Source: an uncultured Thermoleophilaceae bacterium
GTDB lineage: Bacteria > Actinomycetota > Thermoleophilia > Solirubrobacterales > Thermoleophilaceae
Assembly (NCBI GenBank): GCA_963752455.1
Contig: CAVVYE010000015.1
Coordinates: 8,029 to 72,028 of the forward strand
DNA length: 64,000 bases
Direction of reading: 5' to 3'
The notes beneath the pieces are model-generated. The model ran no database searches, was not told the origin of the DNA, and saw only the letters and a program-made list of their open reading frames with translations. This document shows positions 47,945 to 57,930 of the stretch, in pieces. Position 1 is the first letter of the stretch, and each line of letters starts with the position of its first letter. The translations under genes and the position numbers were made by a program.

Positions 47945-50163
47945 TCTTCTTGAGCGGCGCGTAGTCGGCCATCAGCTTGCGCTCCGAGGGCGGCGCGTCG
48001 TCGGTGCCCTGGAACCGCACCACCACGAGGCCGCCGGGCTCGAGCCCGATGACCACGCCCGGGCCGAAGTTCGCGTGCACCACGTCCTCGCCCAGCGCGA
48101 AGGTGGCCCCGCTCCCGGGGGCGGGTGCCGGGGCGGGCGTGGCCGCGCTGCCGCTCCAGGTGGCGGCCGCGGCCGTTCCGGTGAGCGCGTTCTCGTCGAG
48201 ATCGGTGAGGTCCGAGCGGCACCTCGTCGATGAAGCGGCTGCGCACGTTCCAGTCGCGCCCGCCGAAGAGGCTGCGGGAGCGGGCGTGCGTGAGGTAGAG
48301 CTCGCGCCGGGCGCGGGTCATGCCGACGTAGGCCAGCCGGCGCTCCTCCTCCACGTCGCCCGCCTCGATGGCGCGCAGGTGCGGGAACACACCGTCCTCC
48401 ATGCCGATCACGAACACGGTGTCGTATTCGAGGCCCTTGGCGTTGTGCAGCGTCATGAGCGTCACGATGCCGTCGTCGTCGCTCAGGCTGTCCTGCTCGT
48501 TGAAGAGGGCCACCTGCTGAAGGAACTGCTCGACGCCCGGCTCGTCATCCGTCTCCTCGGCGGCCGGGCCGCCGGCCGCGGCGTCGTACTCCCGCCCCAC
48601 GCCCACCAGCTCCTCGAGGTTCTCGAGCCTGCCCTGCGACTCGATCGTGCGCTCGGCCTGGAGCGCCTCCACGTACCCGGTCTCCTCCAGAGTCTCGTGG
48701 AGCAGGTCGCCCACCCCGGCGCCGCCCTCGGCGCGCTCGCGCAGGCGCTCCATCACCGACATGAAGCGGCCCACGGCCTTCATGCGCCGCGGACCCCAGG
48801 CCGGGCACCCGCTCGGGGGCGGCGGCCACGTCCCAGATCGGCTCGCCCAGGGTGTTGGCCCGGGCCACGAGCCGCGCCCTGCGAGGTCTGGCCGATGCCG
48901 CGCCGCGGCGAGTTCACCACGCGCCCGAAGGCCACGGTGTCGGCCGGGTTCACGAGCAGCGTCAGGTAGGCCAGCGCGTCCTTCACCTCGGCCCGCTCGT
49001 AGAAGCGCGTGCCGCCGAGGATCTGGTACCCCACGCCGTAGCGCACGAGCATGTCCTCCAGCACCCGCGACTGCGCGTTGGTCCGGTAGAAGACGGCGAT
49101 CTCGTCGCGCGAGCCGCCCGCGTCCACCAGCGACTCGATCTCCGACACCACGAAGCGCGCCTCCGCGTGCTCGTCCTCGAGCTCCCGGATGTGCACCGGG
49201 TCGCCCTCCCCCACGTCGCTCCAGAGCGCCTTGGCCTTGCGGCCCCGGTTGTTGGAGATCACGCCGTTGGCCGCGCTGAGGATGGTCTGGGTCGAGCGGT
49301 AGTTCTGCTCGAGCTTGACCACCTCGGTGTCGGGGAAGTCGTCCTCGAAGTCCAGGATGTTGCGGATGTCCGCGCCCCGGAAGGCGTAGATCGACTGATC
49401 GTCGTCGCCGACGACGCAGAGGTTGCGGTGCTCCTCGGTGAGCAGCTGCAGCCAGCGGTACTGCGCGTGGTTGGTGTCCTGGTACTCGTCCACGAGCACG
49501 AAGCGGAAGGCCCGGCGGTAGCGCTCGCGCACCTCGGGGAAGAGCTCGTAGAGGTTCACGCAGCGGAAGAGCAGGTCGTCGAAGTCCATCGCGTTCGAGC
49601 TGTGCATCCGCTGCTCGTAGAGGTCGTACACGTCGGCCGTGGTCTGCTCGAAGAACGACGAGACCTTGAGGCGGTAGGCCTCGGCGTCCAGCAGCTGGTT
49701 CTTGGCGTCCGAGATCTGCCGCCGGATGCCCCGGGGCGCGAACCGCTTCGGGTCCACGTCGAGCTCCTCGGCACAGGCCTTGACCTGGCGGAGGGTGTCC
49801 TGCTCGTCGTAGATGGTGAAGCCGCGGGTGTACCCGAGCCGCTCGGCGTCGGCGCGGAGGATCCGCGCGCACGCCGAGTGGAAGGTCATGACCCACATCG
49901 CGCGCGCCTTGCGGCCCGACGAGGCCCTCCACCCGCTCGCGCATCTCCTGCGCGGCCTTGTTGGTGAAGGTGATGGCCAGGATCTCGCTGGGCCGGGCCT
50001 GCCCCGTGCCCACCAGGTGGGCGATGCGATGGGTGAGCACCCGCGTCTTGCCCGATCCGGCTCCGGCCAGGATCAGCAGCGGGCCCTCGCCGTGCAGAAC
50101 GGCGTCACGCTGAGGGTCGTTCAGACCCTCCAGAAGGCTGTCCACGGCGGCGGGCGAGCTCAC
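47937..50163 (-). CDS. pcrA: ATP-dependent DNA helicase PcrA/UvrD family (about four apparent frameshifts near 49900, 48870, 48800, 48220)
   Basis: [37 protein letters not shown]...[10 protein letters not shown]; [10 protein letters not shown]...[14 protein letters not shown]...[14 protein letters not shown]...QNYRST; [16 protein letters not shown]...[12 protein letters not shown]. After the last shift the C-terminal tail is [17 protein letters not shown]...KKSG. The 3' end overlaps the folD start. Confidence 0.9.
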
Positions 50164-50203
50164 TCAACCGAGGATAGTTGCGGCCTCGGCGGCCACGGGC
50201 GTG

Positions 50204-50622
50204 TCAGCCGGCCTGCGCCGCTTCCAGCGCCTCGCGCAGCTCCGCCGGCAGCCGGATCGCCGCTCTGCTGCTCGTAGTCGAAGCCCACCAGCCAGCCGTA
50301 GCCCTCGGCCACCAGGCGCTCGCCCACGTGCATCGGCGAAGTCCATGCGGAAGGCGGACCTGCGCACCTCGCCCACCGAGCAGCCCACCGCCACCTCCTC
50401 GTCGAACTCCACCGGCGAGCGGTAGTTGATGTGGGCCTCGGCGAAGATCATCCCGAAGGCGCCGCGCTCCGGGTTGGCCGGGCTGTGGCCGGGCGAGAGC
50501 TCCGAGATGAAGGCGATCCGCGCGCTCTCGAAGTAGCGCAGGTACACCACGTTGTTGAGGTGGCGCATGGCGTCGAGGTCGCCGAAGCGGACTCGCTCGC
50601 GGTGGATGAACGGGACGGGCAC
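50204..50622 (-). CDS. acyl-CoA thioesterase, 4HBT/YbgC-like (two apparent frameshifts near 50335 and 50265; ends approximate)
   Basis: PVPFIHRERVRFGDLDAMRHLNNVVYLRYFESARIAFISEL...FGMIFAEAHINYRSPVEFDEEVAVGCSVGEVRRSAFRMDFA, then MHVGERLVAEGYGWLVGFDYEQQ, then IRLPAELREALEAAQAG. Confidence 0.6.
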
Positions 50623-50632
50623 GGCGGCAACG

Positions 50633-51476
50633 CTATGACCGGCTCGATGCGCTGCGGATGTCGACGCAGAACGAGGGCCGGGCCGGTCGGACCCGGTGAC
50701 CTGGCTGTTCGCCACGTGGAGCCCCGACTCGCCGTCCGCCCAGATGCCCAGGTCGCTGGCCCGAAAGCGTGCTGAGGCGAATCCGGTTGTCCGTGCCGCC
50801 GCTCAGGTCGACACCGACGAAGGACTGGGACCTGAGGCCGACCAACCTGGTGCTCACGGCATTCCGGAGGACCACCGACGTGCCCCAGTCGGAGAGGGTG
50901 CCGTTGCGCACGGTCACTCCGGAGTGTCCGCTGCTCGCGATCCCGGTCCGGCCGGGAGATGGGATTGGCGGCGCCGCTGAGCGTGTGCCCGGCGAGGTTG
51001 ATGTCCACGCCGTCGGCACCCACCACCAGGCCGGTCTGGTCCTCGCCGCAGACCATCGGCCCGGTGAGCGTCACGTCGGCGGTCACGGTGTCGCCGCAAT
51101 CCACGCTCTGCGTGGTGAAGCGGTGATCGAGACCACATCCCGCGGACCCGGCGGCCTGCTGGGAGTCCGCCGCGCAGAGCCGGTAGTGATAGGTGGCCGA
51201 CCGCTCGAGGCCGCTGATCGTCACGATCACCGATTCCTGGTTCTCGCTCATGAAGGTCGTCTGACGGGGCGTCTCCGACCCGTACTCGGTGGTGGGCCCG
51301 TATTCGACCCAGTAGGAGGTCTGGCCGCCCACGGTGCTCACCAGTCCCCCGCCCACGGATGCGCCGTGCGATGAGATTCCGCCGGGGGCGCGCGTGACGG
51401 CGAATGCGCATCCGGAGGTCGCGACGGCAACGAGGAGGAGGGCGGCGACAACGGCCCGGGCGGGGACGGAGGTCAC
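50633..51476 (-). CDS. lipoprotein with Fn3-like domain and parallel beta-helix-like repeats (at least two apparent frameshifts; 3' end uncertain)
   Basis: Lipobox LLLVAVATSGC. SYWVEYGPTTEYGSETP...TISGLERSATYHYRLCA. Then GADGVDINLAGHTLSG, GIASSGHSGVTVRNGTLSDWGTSVVLRN, GVDLSGGTDNRIRLS and ASDLGIWADGESGLHVANSQVTGS in shifted frames. Confidence 0.55.
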
Positions 51477-51532
51477 ACGGCGACGCTACCGCCCGGGGTC
51501 TCGCGTCGCAACAGTGGTGAGACCCACGTCCC

Positions 51533-52412
51533 GTGGGCGATCTCCTCGACCAGGTCCGGGAGCGCTGCGCCGCGGTGGCGGGCGCCGCGCGCCATGTGGC
51601 GATCGACCCGGACCGCCTCGCGAGCGGTGGAGCCCGCGCCCCCGCCGGCGCTCGACCCCGAGCGGCACTACCTGGAGGGCCCGCCCGAGGACGTGGCCCG
51701 CTACCTGCTCACGCTCGACGCCGTGAACTTCGGCTCGGGATGGTTCCCCACGCTGCGCAAGCGCCCCGGGTGCTCGGGCTACTTCACCGTGGCCTGGGCG
51801 CTGGCCGACCGCTTCCGCGACGCCGGCCCCTGGTCCAACTCCGAGCTGCGTGCGGCCGCGCCGGGCGAGGCTGGCCCGCGTGCTCGGGCAGGACCCCGGC
51901 CACGAGCTGATGGCGCTCTACGCCGAGGCGCTTCGCCAGCTCGGCCGCTTCCTCGGTGACCGCGACGTGCTCGGCGTGGTGGACGACGCCGGCGGCTCGG
52001 CCGAGCCCCTCGCCGCGTCGCTCGCCGAGCGGCATGCCCTTCTTCCGCGACACGGGGTTCTACAAGCGCGCCCAGATCGTTCCCTCCGACCTCGCCCTGG
52101 CGGGGGTCGCCGAGTTCCACGACCTCGACCGGCTCACGATCTTCGCCGACAACCTCGTGCCCCACGTGCTGCGCGTGGACGGGGTGCTGCGCTACGACCC
52201 CGAGCTGGCCGCCCGCATCGACGCCGGCGAGCTCCTCCCGCCGGGCGAGGAGGAGACCGAGATCCGCGCCTGCGCGCTGCACGCCTGCGAGCTCATCGCC
52301 GCGCCGCTCCGGCGTGCCGCCCCGCACTCTCGACGGATGGCTCTGGAACCGCGGGCAGGCGCCGCGCTACAAGGCCGTGCCGCGCCACCGCACGCGGACC
52401 GTGCACTACTGA
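51533..52412 (+). pseudogene. queuosine salvage family protein (DUF2419/Qng1-like), at least four frame changes in about 0.9 kb
   Basis: Fragments: GDLLDQVRERCAAVAGAARHVAIDPDRL; PERHYLEGPPEDVARYLLTLDAVNFGSGWFPTL...YFTVAWALADRF; LARVLGQDPGHELMALYAEALRQLGRFL; MPFFRDTGFYKRAQIVPSDLALAG...LTIFADNLVPHVLRVDGVLRY...EEETEIRACALHACELI; and the last codons ...RHRTRTVHY before TGA 52410..52412. Confidence 0.6.
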
Positions 52413-52417
52413 GGCTG

Positions 52418-53156
52418 CTAGCCCCCGGTGGAGTCGGGGCCGCGGCGCGGGCGCAGCGGCTTGACCTCGGCGCCCTCGGGCTTGCGGCCGGTGAGCTCGG
52501 CCACGATCTCCTCGAGGCCGTTCAGGCGGTTGGCCATGCCCCGCATGGCGTCGGCCACCGGGTCGGGCAGGTGGGCCCAGTCGGCGTCCGGGCCCTTGGG
52601 CTTGCGGCCGTTCACCCGCACCGGGTGACCGGGGTTGCCCACCACCGTGGCGTCCGCGGGCACGTCGTGGATCACCACCGAGTTCGCGCCCACGCGCGCC
52701 CGCTCGCCCACCTTGATCGGGCCGAGCAGCTTCGCGCCGGCGCCGATGATCGCGCCGCTGCCCACGGTGGGATGGCGCTTGCCGCGCTCGAAGCCGGTGC
52801 CGCCGAGCGTCACGCCCTGGTAGAGCGTCACCGCGTCGCCCAGCTCGGCCGTCTCGCCGATCACCACGCCGGATCCGTGGTCGATGAAGAGCCCCTCGCC
52901 GATCCGCGCGGCGGGATGGATCTCGATACCGGTCACGACCTTGGTCACGTTGGCGAGCGCCCGCGGCACCACCGGCATGCCGGCCTCGTAGAGCGCGTGG
53001 GACACGCGGTGCGCGAGCAGCGCCTGGACGCCGCCGTAGGTGAGCAGCATCTCGACGCGCCCCACGCTGCGAGCGGCCGGGATCGCGCTCGGCGGCCGCG
53101 GTCAGGTCCTCGCGCAACTCGCGCGCCACCCGGGTGAAGGTTCCGAGGCCGAGCAT
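52418..53156 (-). CDS. cysE: serine O-acetyltransferase (one apparent frameshift near 53080)
   Basis: MLGLGTFTRVARELREDLTAAAERDP joins ...LLTYGGVQALLAHRVSHALYEAGMPVVPRAL..., and hexapeptide repeats GIEIHPAARIGEGLFIDHGSGVVIGETAELGDAVTLYQGVTLGG...HPTVGSGAIIGAGAKLLG. Confidence 0.88.
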
Positions 53157-54107
53157 CAGGGAGCGAAGAAGGGGGTGCTCGCGTAGCGCTCACCCGAGTC
53201 GGGCATGATCACCACCACCCGCTTGTCCGCGCATCTCCGGGCGCGAGCCCACCTGGATCGCGCCCCAGAGGGCGGCGCCGCAGGAGATGCCGGCGAGCAC
53301 GCCCTCGCGCCGGGCGCACAGGCGCGCGGTGCCGATCGCGTCCTCGTCGTCCACCGGCACCACCTCGTCGATCACCGCGCGGTTCAGGACGGGCGGGACG
53401 AATCCGGCGCCGATGCCCTGGATCTTGTGCGGCCCCGGCGAGCTGCCCCGAGAGCACGGCCGAGGCCCTGCGGCTCCACCGCCACCACGTGCAGGTCCGG
53501 GTTGCGCTCCTTCAGCCGCTCGCCGCAGCCGGTGATCGTGCCGCCGGTGCCCACGCCGGCCACCAGCACGTCCACCCGGCCCTCCATGTCGCGCCAGATC
53601 TCCTCGGCGGTCGTGCGCCGGTGGATCTCGGGGTTGGCCGGGTTCGAGAACTGGTCGGGGATGAAGCTGTCGCCGCGCTCGGCGGCGATGCGCCGGGCCG
53701 CCTCCACCGCCTCGTTCATGCCGCCCATGCGACTCCACCAGCTCCACCTCGGCGCCGTAGAGCCGGACGATGTTCTCCCGCTCGCGGCTCATCCCCTGCG
53801 GCATCGTGAGCACGAGGTCGTACCCGCGCGCCGCGCAGACGAACGCCAGGGCGATGCCCGTGTTGCCGGACGTGGGCTCGACGATGGTGGTGCGCCCGGG
53901 CACGATCTCGCCCTCGGCCTCGGCCGCGTCGATCATGGCCACCCCGATGCGGTCCTTCACGCTGCCGGCCGGGTTGTAGGCCTCGAGCTTGGCCACGATC
54001 TCGGCGCCGCATTCCGGCGCCACCCGGGCGAGGCGCACCATCGGCGTGCCGCCCACGATGTCGCTCAGGTTGTCGGGTATCGCCCGGGCCGTGGAGGAAA
54101 CGGACAT
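53156..54107 (-). CDS. cysK: cysteine synthase A / O-acetylserine sulfhydrylase (three apparent frameshifts near 53740, 53460, 53225)
   Basis: IVGGTPMVRLARV...AKLEAYNPAGSVKDRIGVAMI...EPTSGNTGIALAFV; QFSNPANPEIHRRTTAEEIW...VAGVGTGGTITG; KIQGIGAGFVP...EGVLAGISCGAAL. After the last shift: ADKRVVVIMPDSGERYASTPFFAP. The TGA shares one base with the cysE ATG. Confidence 0.9.
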
Positions 54108-54174
54108 GGCCCGACTGTACCGGCGTTCGCGGCCCGTCCGGCGCTCGTGGGACGCGGAGCGGCACAATGCCCGG

Positions 54175-54922
54175 ATGCTCCTCCGGCCCGAGGGCGAGCA
54201 CGTGGTGGCCATCGGCCAGGCATCGCACGCCTGGCTGTCCGGTCAGCTCGCGCGCGCCTGGGGAAACGAGCGCTTCGACCCGCCCGAGCCCCGGGAGGAG
54301 GTCTGCCTGGCCGCCGAGCAGCACGACGTGGGCATGGCCGAATGGGACCTCGCCCCCACCGCCCGACCCGGAGACCGGCCGCCCGAAGTCGTTCATGGAG
54401 ATGGAGCTGGACGACCATCTGCGGCTGTGGTCCGCGGCGCCGCGAAAGCTGCTCACCCAGAGCCGGTACGCGGCCCTCCTCGTGTCCATGCACGGCACCG
54501 CGCTGTACGAGCACCGCGACGTGTCCCGCATGACGACCGCGGATGCCGCCGCCGTGGCCGCCTTCCTTGCCACGCAGCGTGCGCTCCAGGGGCATCTCAC
54601 CGGTCTCCTGGGTGCCGACCCTGAGGAGCTCTCCCGCAACCAGCGGCTGCTCGCGACCTGGGATGCCCTCTCCCTCGCGCTCTGCCTTCGGTGGAGTCCC
54701 TACGTGGCAGAGCGAGCGTGCCCGCGTCCGCGGGAGCCACGCTCGACCTGCGCCTGGACGAGCTCACCGTGGACCCGTGGCCGTTCGCGGAAGAGCGAGC
54801 TGACCGTGCGCTGCGAGGGGCGGCTGCTGGTGGGAGGACACGAGACGGGCGCCGAGCTGGAGCGGGCCCTGGCCGACGCGCCCCACGTGCCGCTGTCGTT
54901 CCGGTTGAATGGACACGCGTGA
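54175..54922 (+). CDS. DUF3891-like protein (three apparent frameshifts near 54360, 54710, 54795)
   Basis: MLLRPEGEHVVAIGQASHAWLSGQLARAWGNERF...AAEQHDVGMAEWD; PETGRPKSFMEMELDDHLRLWSAAPRKLLTQSRYAALLVSMHG...; ATLDLRLDELTVDPWPF; ELTVRCEGRLLVGGHETGAELERAL. Divergent from cysK. Confidence 0.6.
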
Positions 54923-55426
54923 ACGGGCGGTGGATGCTGATCGGCGGGTACGTGCTTGCCCTGGCGGTGGGAGCCGGAGTGGCACTGGCGATCTCTTCGT
55001 CGGACCACCGAGACGAAGACCGACACCCGCACCGTCACGGCCACCGACACCGTGGTTCGCACACGCACGGTGATCAAGGCGGCAAGGTCGCCACGCGCGT
55101 CCACCCCCGGGGGCGAGCCTGCGAGACGGGCCCGACACCCCCGCCCCGCCCCTCGGTTTCGAGCAAGCCAGATACCGCCGGGGGCAGCACCCGGAGCTTC
55201 TCGGGAACGGGCCCGAGGTCGCTGGGGAACCATCACCGTGCGACGGCCGGACGCAACGCTCAGCTGGACCAACAGCGACGGGCAGTTCCGGCTGCTGTTC
55301 AACAACGGCGGGGTGGCCGTGAGCTCGAGCGAGACATCGGGCGAGATCGGCGTGCCCACGGGGACCTACAGCCAGGTGAAGGTCCAGTCTGCGGGCCGCT
55401 GGACGATCCGGATCCGTGAGCGGTAG
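54919..55426 (+). CDS. hypothetical N-terminally anchored protein (at least two apparent frameshifts)
   Basis: The GTG overlaps the upstream stop (GTGA). VNGRWMLIGGYVLALAVGAGVALAISS, then TTETKTDTRTVTATDTVVRTRTV, and a C-terminal beta-rich part TITVRRPDATLSWTNSDGQFRLLFNNGG...GTYSQVKVQSAGRWTIRI. Confidence 0.4.
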
Positions 55427-55436
55427 GGCGTAGGGC

Positions 55437-57920
55437 CTAGCTCCCGCCGGGGCCGTCGAGCTCCGTGGCCCGGGACCCGGATACGGCGAACACCCGCAGG
55501 TCGGCGTCGCCGGACACGGCGCCGGGAGGGGCGCTCATCGAGAAACCCGAGCGGAGCGCGCCCGGGCCCAGGTCATCGGCCACGTCGCGGCGCTCCTGGG
55601 AGGGCTCGCGGGCGGCCACGAATCTGTCTCCGGCGAACAGGAGCACCGCGTCCGCCGGCCTGCCCGCCCGGGTGGCCGCCCAGCCGTCCACCGTGATGGG
55701 GTCTCCCGGCTCCCTGCGCACGCCGTCCACGAAGCCGGCGACGGCGCCCTCCTCCACCCGGATCTGGGCGCCGCCGGGTCCCCGCAGCGTCCTGCCGTCG
55801 AGCGCGTACTGCACCTGCCCGGCCAGGGAAAGCGATCCCAGCGCCACGGTTGACCCCTCGCCTGTGATCTCGTACACGGCCAGCCGGTTGTTCCCGGCTA
55901 CCAGCATGTCCGGTGCAACGAGCGTCAGGAATGCCAACTCCCCTTGGTCCACGAAGGCCCGGGTAACCGCCGCCACCCGCCCGTTGAGGGCGATCGCCAG
56001 CCGCGGCCGCGCCCTCCCCGCCTCCGTCAGCCGGCCCGAGATGGACAGCGGAAGCTTCCCCTGGCCGAGGCGCACGTCCGACAGGGCGCCCGGAGTATCG
56101 AGCTCCACCTGCGCCGAGCCGGCCGGCGCACGCCGGAAACCGGTCACCTCCCGGCCCACGAGGCTCCCGTCCGCTCCCACCCTGAATAGGCCGCTCACGC
56201 CGGGCCCGAACGCCGTTCCGATCCTCCCCGCGGCCGCGTCCCAGGAGCGGCGGAAAGCGGCGTAGCTCACCGCGGTGGTGGCGTCCAGGGTCGTCTTGAC
56301 GCGCACGGACCCGGGCGCCTGGCCCTGTGGGGCCAGCAGGCTGCGGCCCTCGAGCGGCCAGGGCGGCGTCAGGTCCAGGGCGTCGGCGATGGTGGGCAGC
56401 ACGTCGATCGTTCGCGCGTGCCGGCGGTCGAGCCGCCCTCGCGGTTGATGCGGAGTCTTGATGATCAGGGGAACTCCGGCGACCTCACCGATGTTCTCCT
56501 GGGTGGCCAGGCGCAGCTGGCCGCCGGGCCGGAAGCTGATCCCATGGTCCGCGGCCACCACCACCAGCGCCCGGTCATAGACCCCCAGTCGCCTCAGCCG
56601 GTCGAAAAGGCGGCCCAGCAGCCGGTCCGAGTACGCGGCTTGGAGCATGTACTCCTGCAGCATCTGCCGGGCCGGGGTTGGATCGCGCACCAGGCGCTCG
56701 CCCGGCGGCAGGCCCTCCCGCACCGCCTGGTACTGGGTTCCGTCCGGGAGGTACTCCCACGGGCGGTGGGGCAGCGCGATGTGCAGGAAGTTGAGCGCCG
56801 GCCGGCCGGCACCGGCGCGCACGCTCCCATCGAACTTGCGGAATGTCGCGATGCGGCTGTTCAGCGCGCCCATGTTGATGTCACGGGCCGCGGCGATGTC
56901 CACCCCGGCGGGCTTGTCGCGCCCCCCGCCGCGGAAGTCCCCGAAGGTCTGGTCGATCGCCGGGAGATCATCGGCGAGGTCGTCGGGAAAGATCAGGTGC
57001 AGCGACACGACACTCAGGTCGGACACCAGTGAGCTCAGGCGATCGGGCGCCGAGGGGCGTGCCTCCTCCCCGCACAGGCTCTCGGGGCACACGTCGGTGA
57101 CGGGTTCCTCCACGTTGAACCGATAGCCGTCGCCGAGAAGCGAGAACAGGCTCCGGGGATGATCCGCGGCGATGGGGAGCGCGCTCTCGGGCGGGACCCG
57201 CCCGGTCAGGAGCGCGGGCACGGCCCACTGGGTGCGGTCTGCCACCGTGGTGGCATTCGGGTACCACGTGCCGTCGCCGGCCAGCCGGGCGAGGTTCGGA
57301 TAGCGCGAGGGGTCGATCCTCCCTCTGTCGTTCACCAGCGAGGCGCTCGAGAACTCGTCGAAGATCACCACCACCACGGGTGCTCCGTTCCCGCCCACCC
57401 CCCGAGCGGCGCTGGCGCCCTGGTCGCGCAGCACGAGGTCGGACACGGGCGAGAAGAACAGGAAGAGGACCAGGAAGAGGAGGGCGGCCGGGGAGAGCGC
57501 CGAGAGCAGCGCCGGCAGTCCGCGGCTGAGCGCGTAGACGGCGGTGAAGCCGGCGCCGAACAGCCCGGCCAGCACGATCACCACCCCAGCCGGCGCGCCG
57601 AGCACGTCGTCGAGGATCTGAACCACGAACGTGGCGCTCAGCACGGCGACGAACAGGAGGTGCACCGCTCGCCCGACGTGCGGCACGCGGAGGAACAGGG
57701 CCTCCACGGCCACCATCAGCGTGGGCGGGACGAGAACGAGGCCCACCGCCAGCACCACTATGTCGGCCGTGGTGTTGCGCCGGGCCACGAAGAACTCGGG
57801 CGAGTCCGCCAGCACCTCGAAGAGCGGCTGGACGATTGCCAGGGCCCAGAGCGCCGCGAGGTGAAGCCAGCAGCGCGACAGGTCCTTCACGCGAGGGGCC
57901 ACTTGGGCCCATCGTTGCAC
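55437..57920 (-). CDS. membrane-bound sulfatase-like hydrolase/transferase (alkaline phosphatase superfamily) with a long unassigned C-terminal domain
   Basis: Intact 827 aa. Several N-terminal TM helices, then VVVVIFDEFSS and VVVAADHGISF metal/nucleophile-type motifs. About 300 aa of unassigned C-terminus. Confidence 0.75.
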   Translation of the reverse strand: MQRWAQVAPRVKDLSRCWLHLAALWALAIVQPLFEVLADSPEFFVARRNTTADIVVLAVGLVLVPPTLMVAVEALFLRVPHVGRAVHLLFVAVLSATFVVQILDDVLGAPAGVVIVLAGLFGAGFTAVYALSRGLPALLSALSPAALLFLVLFLFFSPVSDLVLRDQGASAARGVGGNGAPVVVVIFDEFSSASLVNDRGRIDPSRYPNLARLAGDGTWYPNATTVADRTQWAVPALLTGRVPPESALPIAADHPRSLFSLLGDGYRFNVEEPVTDVCPESLCGEEARPSAPDRLSSLVSDLSVVSLHLIFPDDLADDLPAIDQTFGDFRGGGRDKPAGVDIAAARDINMGALNSRIATFRKFDGSVRAGAGRPALNFLHIALPHRPWEYLPDGTQYQAVREGLPPGERLVRDPTPARQMLQEYMLQAAYSDRLLGRLFDRLRRLGVYDRALVVVAADHGISFRPGGQLRLATQENIGEVAGVPLIIKTPHQPRGRLDRRHARTIDVLPTIADALDLTPPWPLEGRSLLAPQGQAPGSVRVKTTLDATTAVSYAAFRRSWDAAAGRIGTAFGPGVSGLFRVGADGSLVGREVTGFRRAPAGSAQVELDTPGALSDVRLGQGKLPLSISGRLTEAGRARPRLAIALNGRVAAVTRAFVDQGELAFLTLVAPDMLVAGNNRLAVYEITGEGSTVALGSLSLAGQVQYALDGRTLRGPGGAQIRVEEGAVAGFVDGVRREPGDPITVDGWAATRAGRPADAVLLFAGDRFVAAREPSQERRDVADDLGPGALRSGFSMSAPPGAVSGDADLRVFAVSGSRATELDGPGGS

Positions 57921-57930
57921 GGCCCGCCGG

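Noticed and set aside
51496-51525. Inverted repeat GGGTCTC...GAGACCC just upstream of the queuosine-salvage gene as a preQ1-type riboswitch.
   Set aside because: It lacks the A-rich tail and conserved loop nucleotides of preQ1 aptamers as I remember them. It is a plain 7-bp inverted repeat in a divergent promoter region, which is too little evidence.
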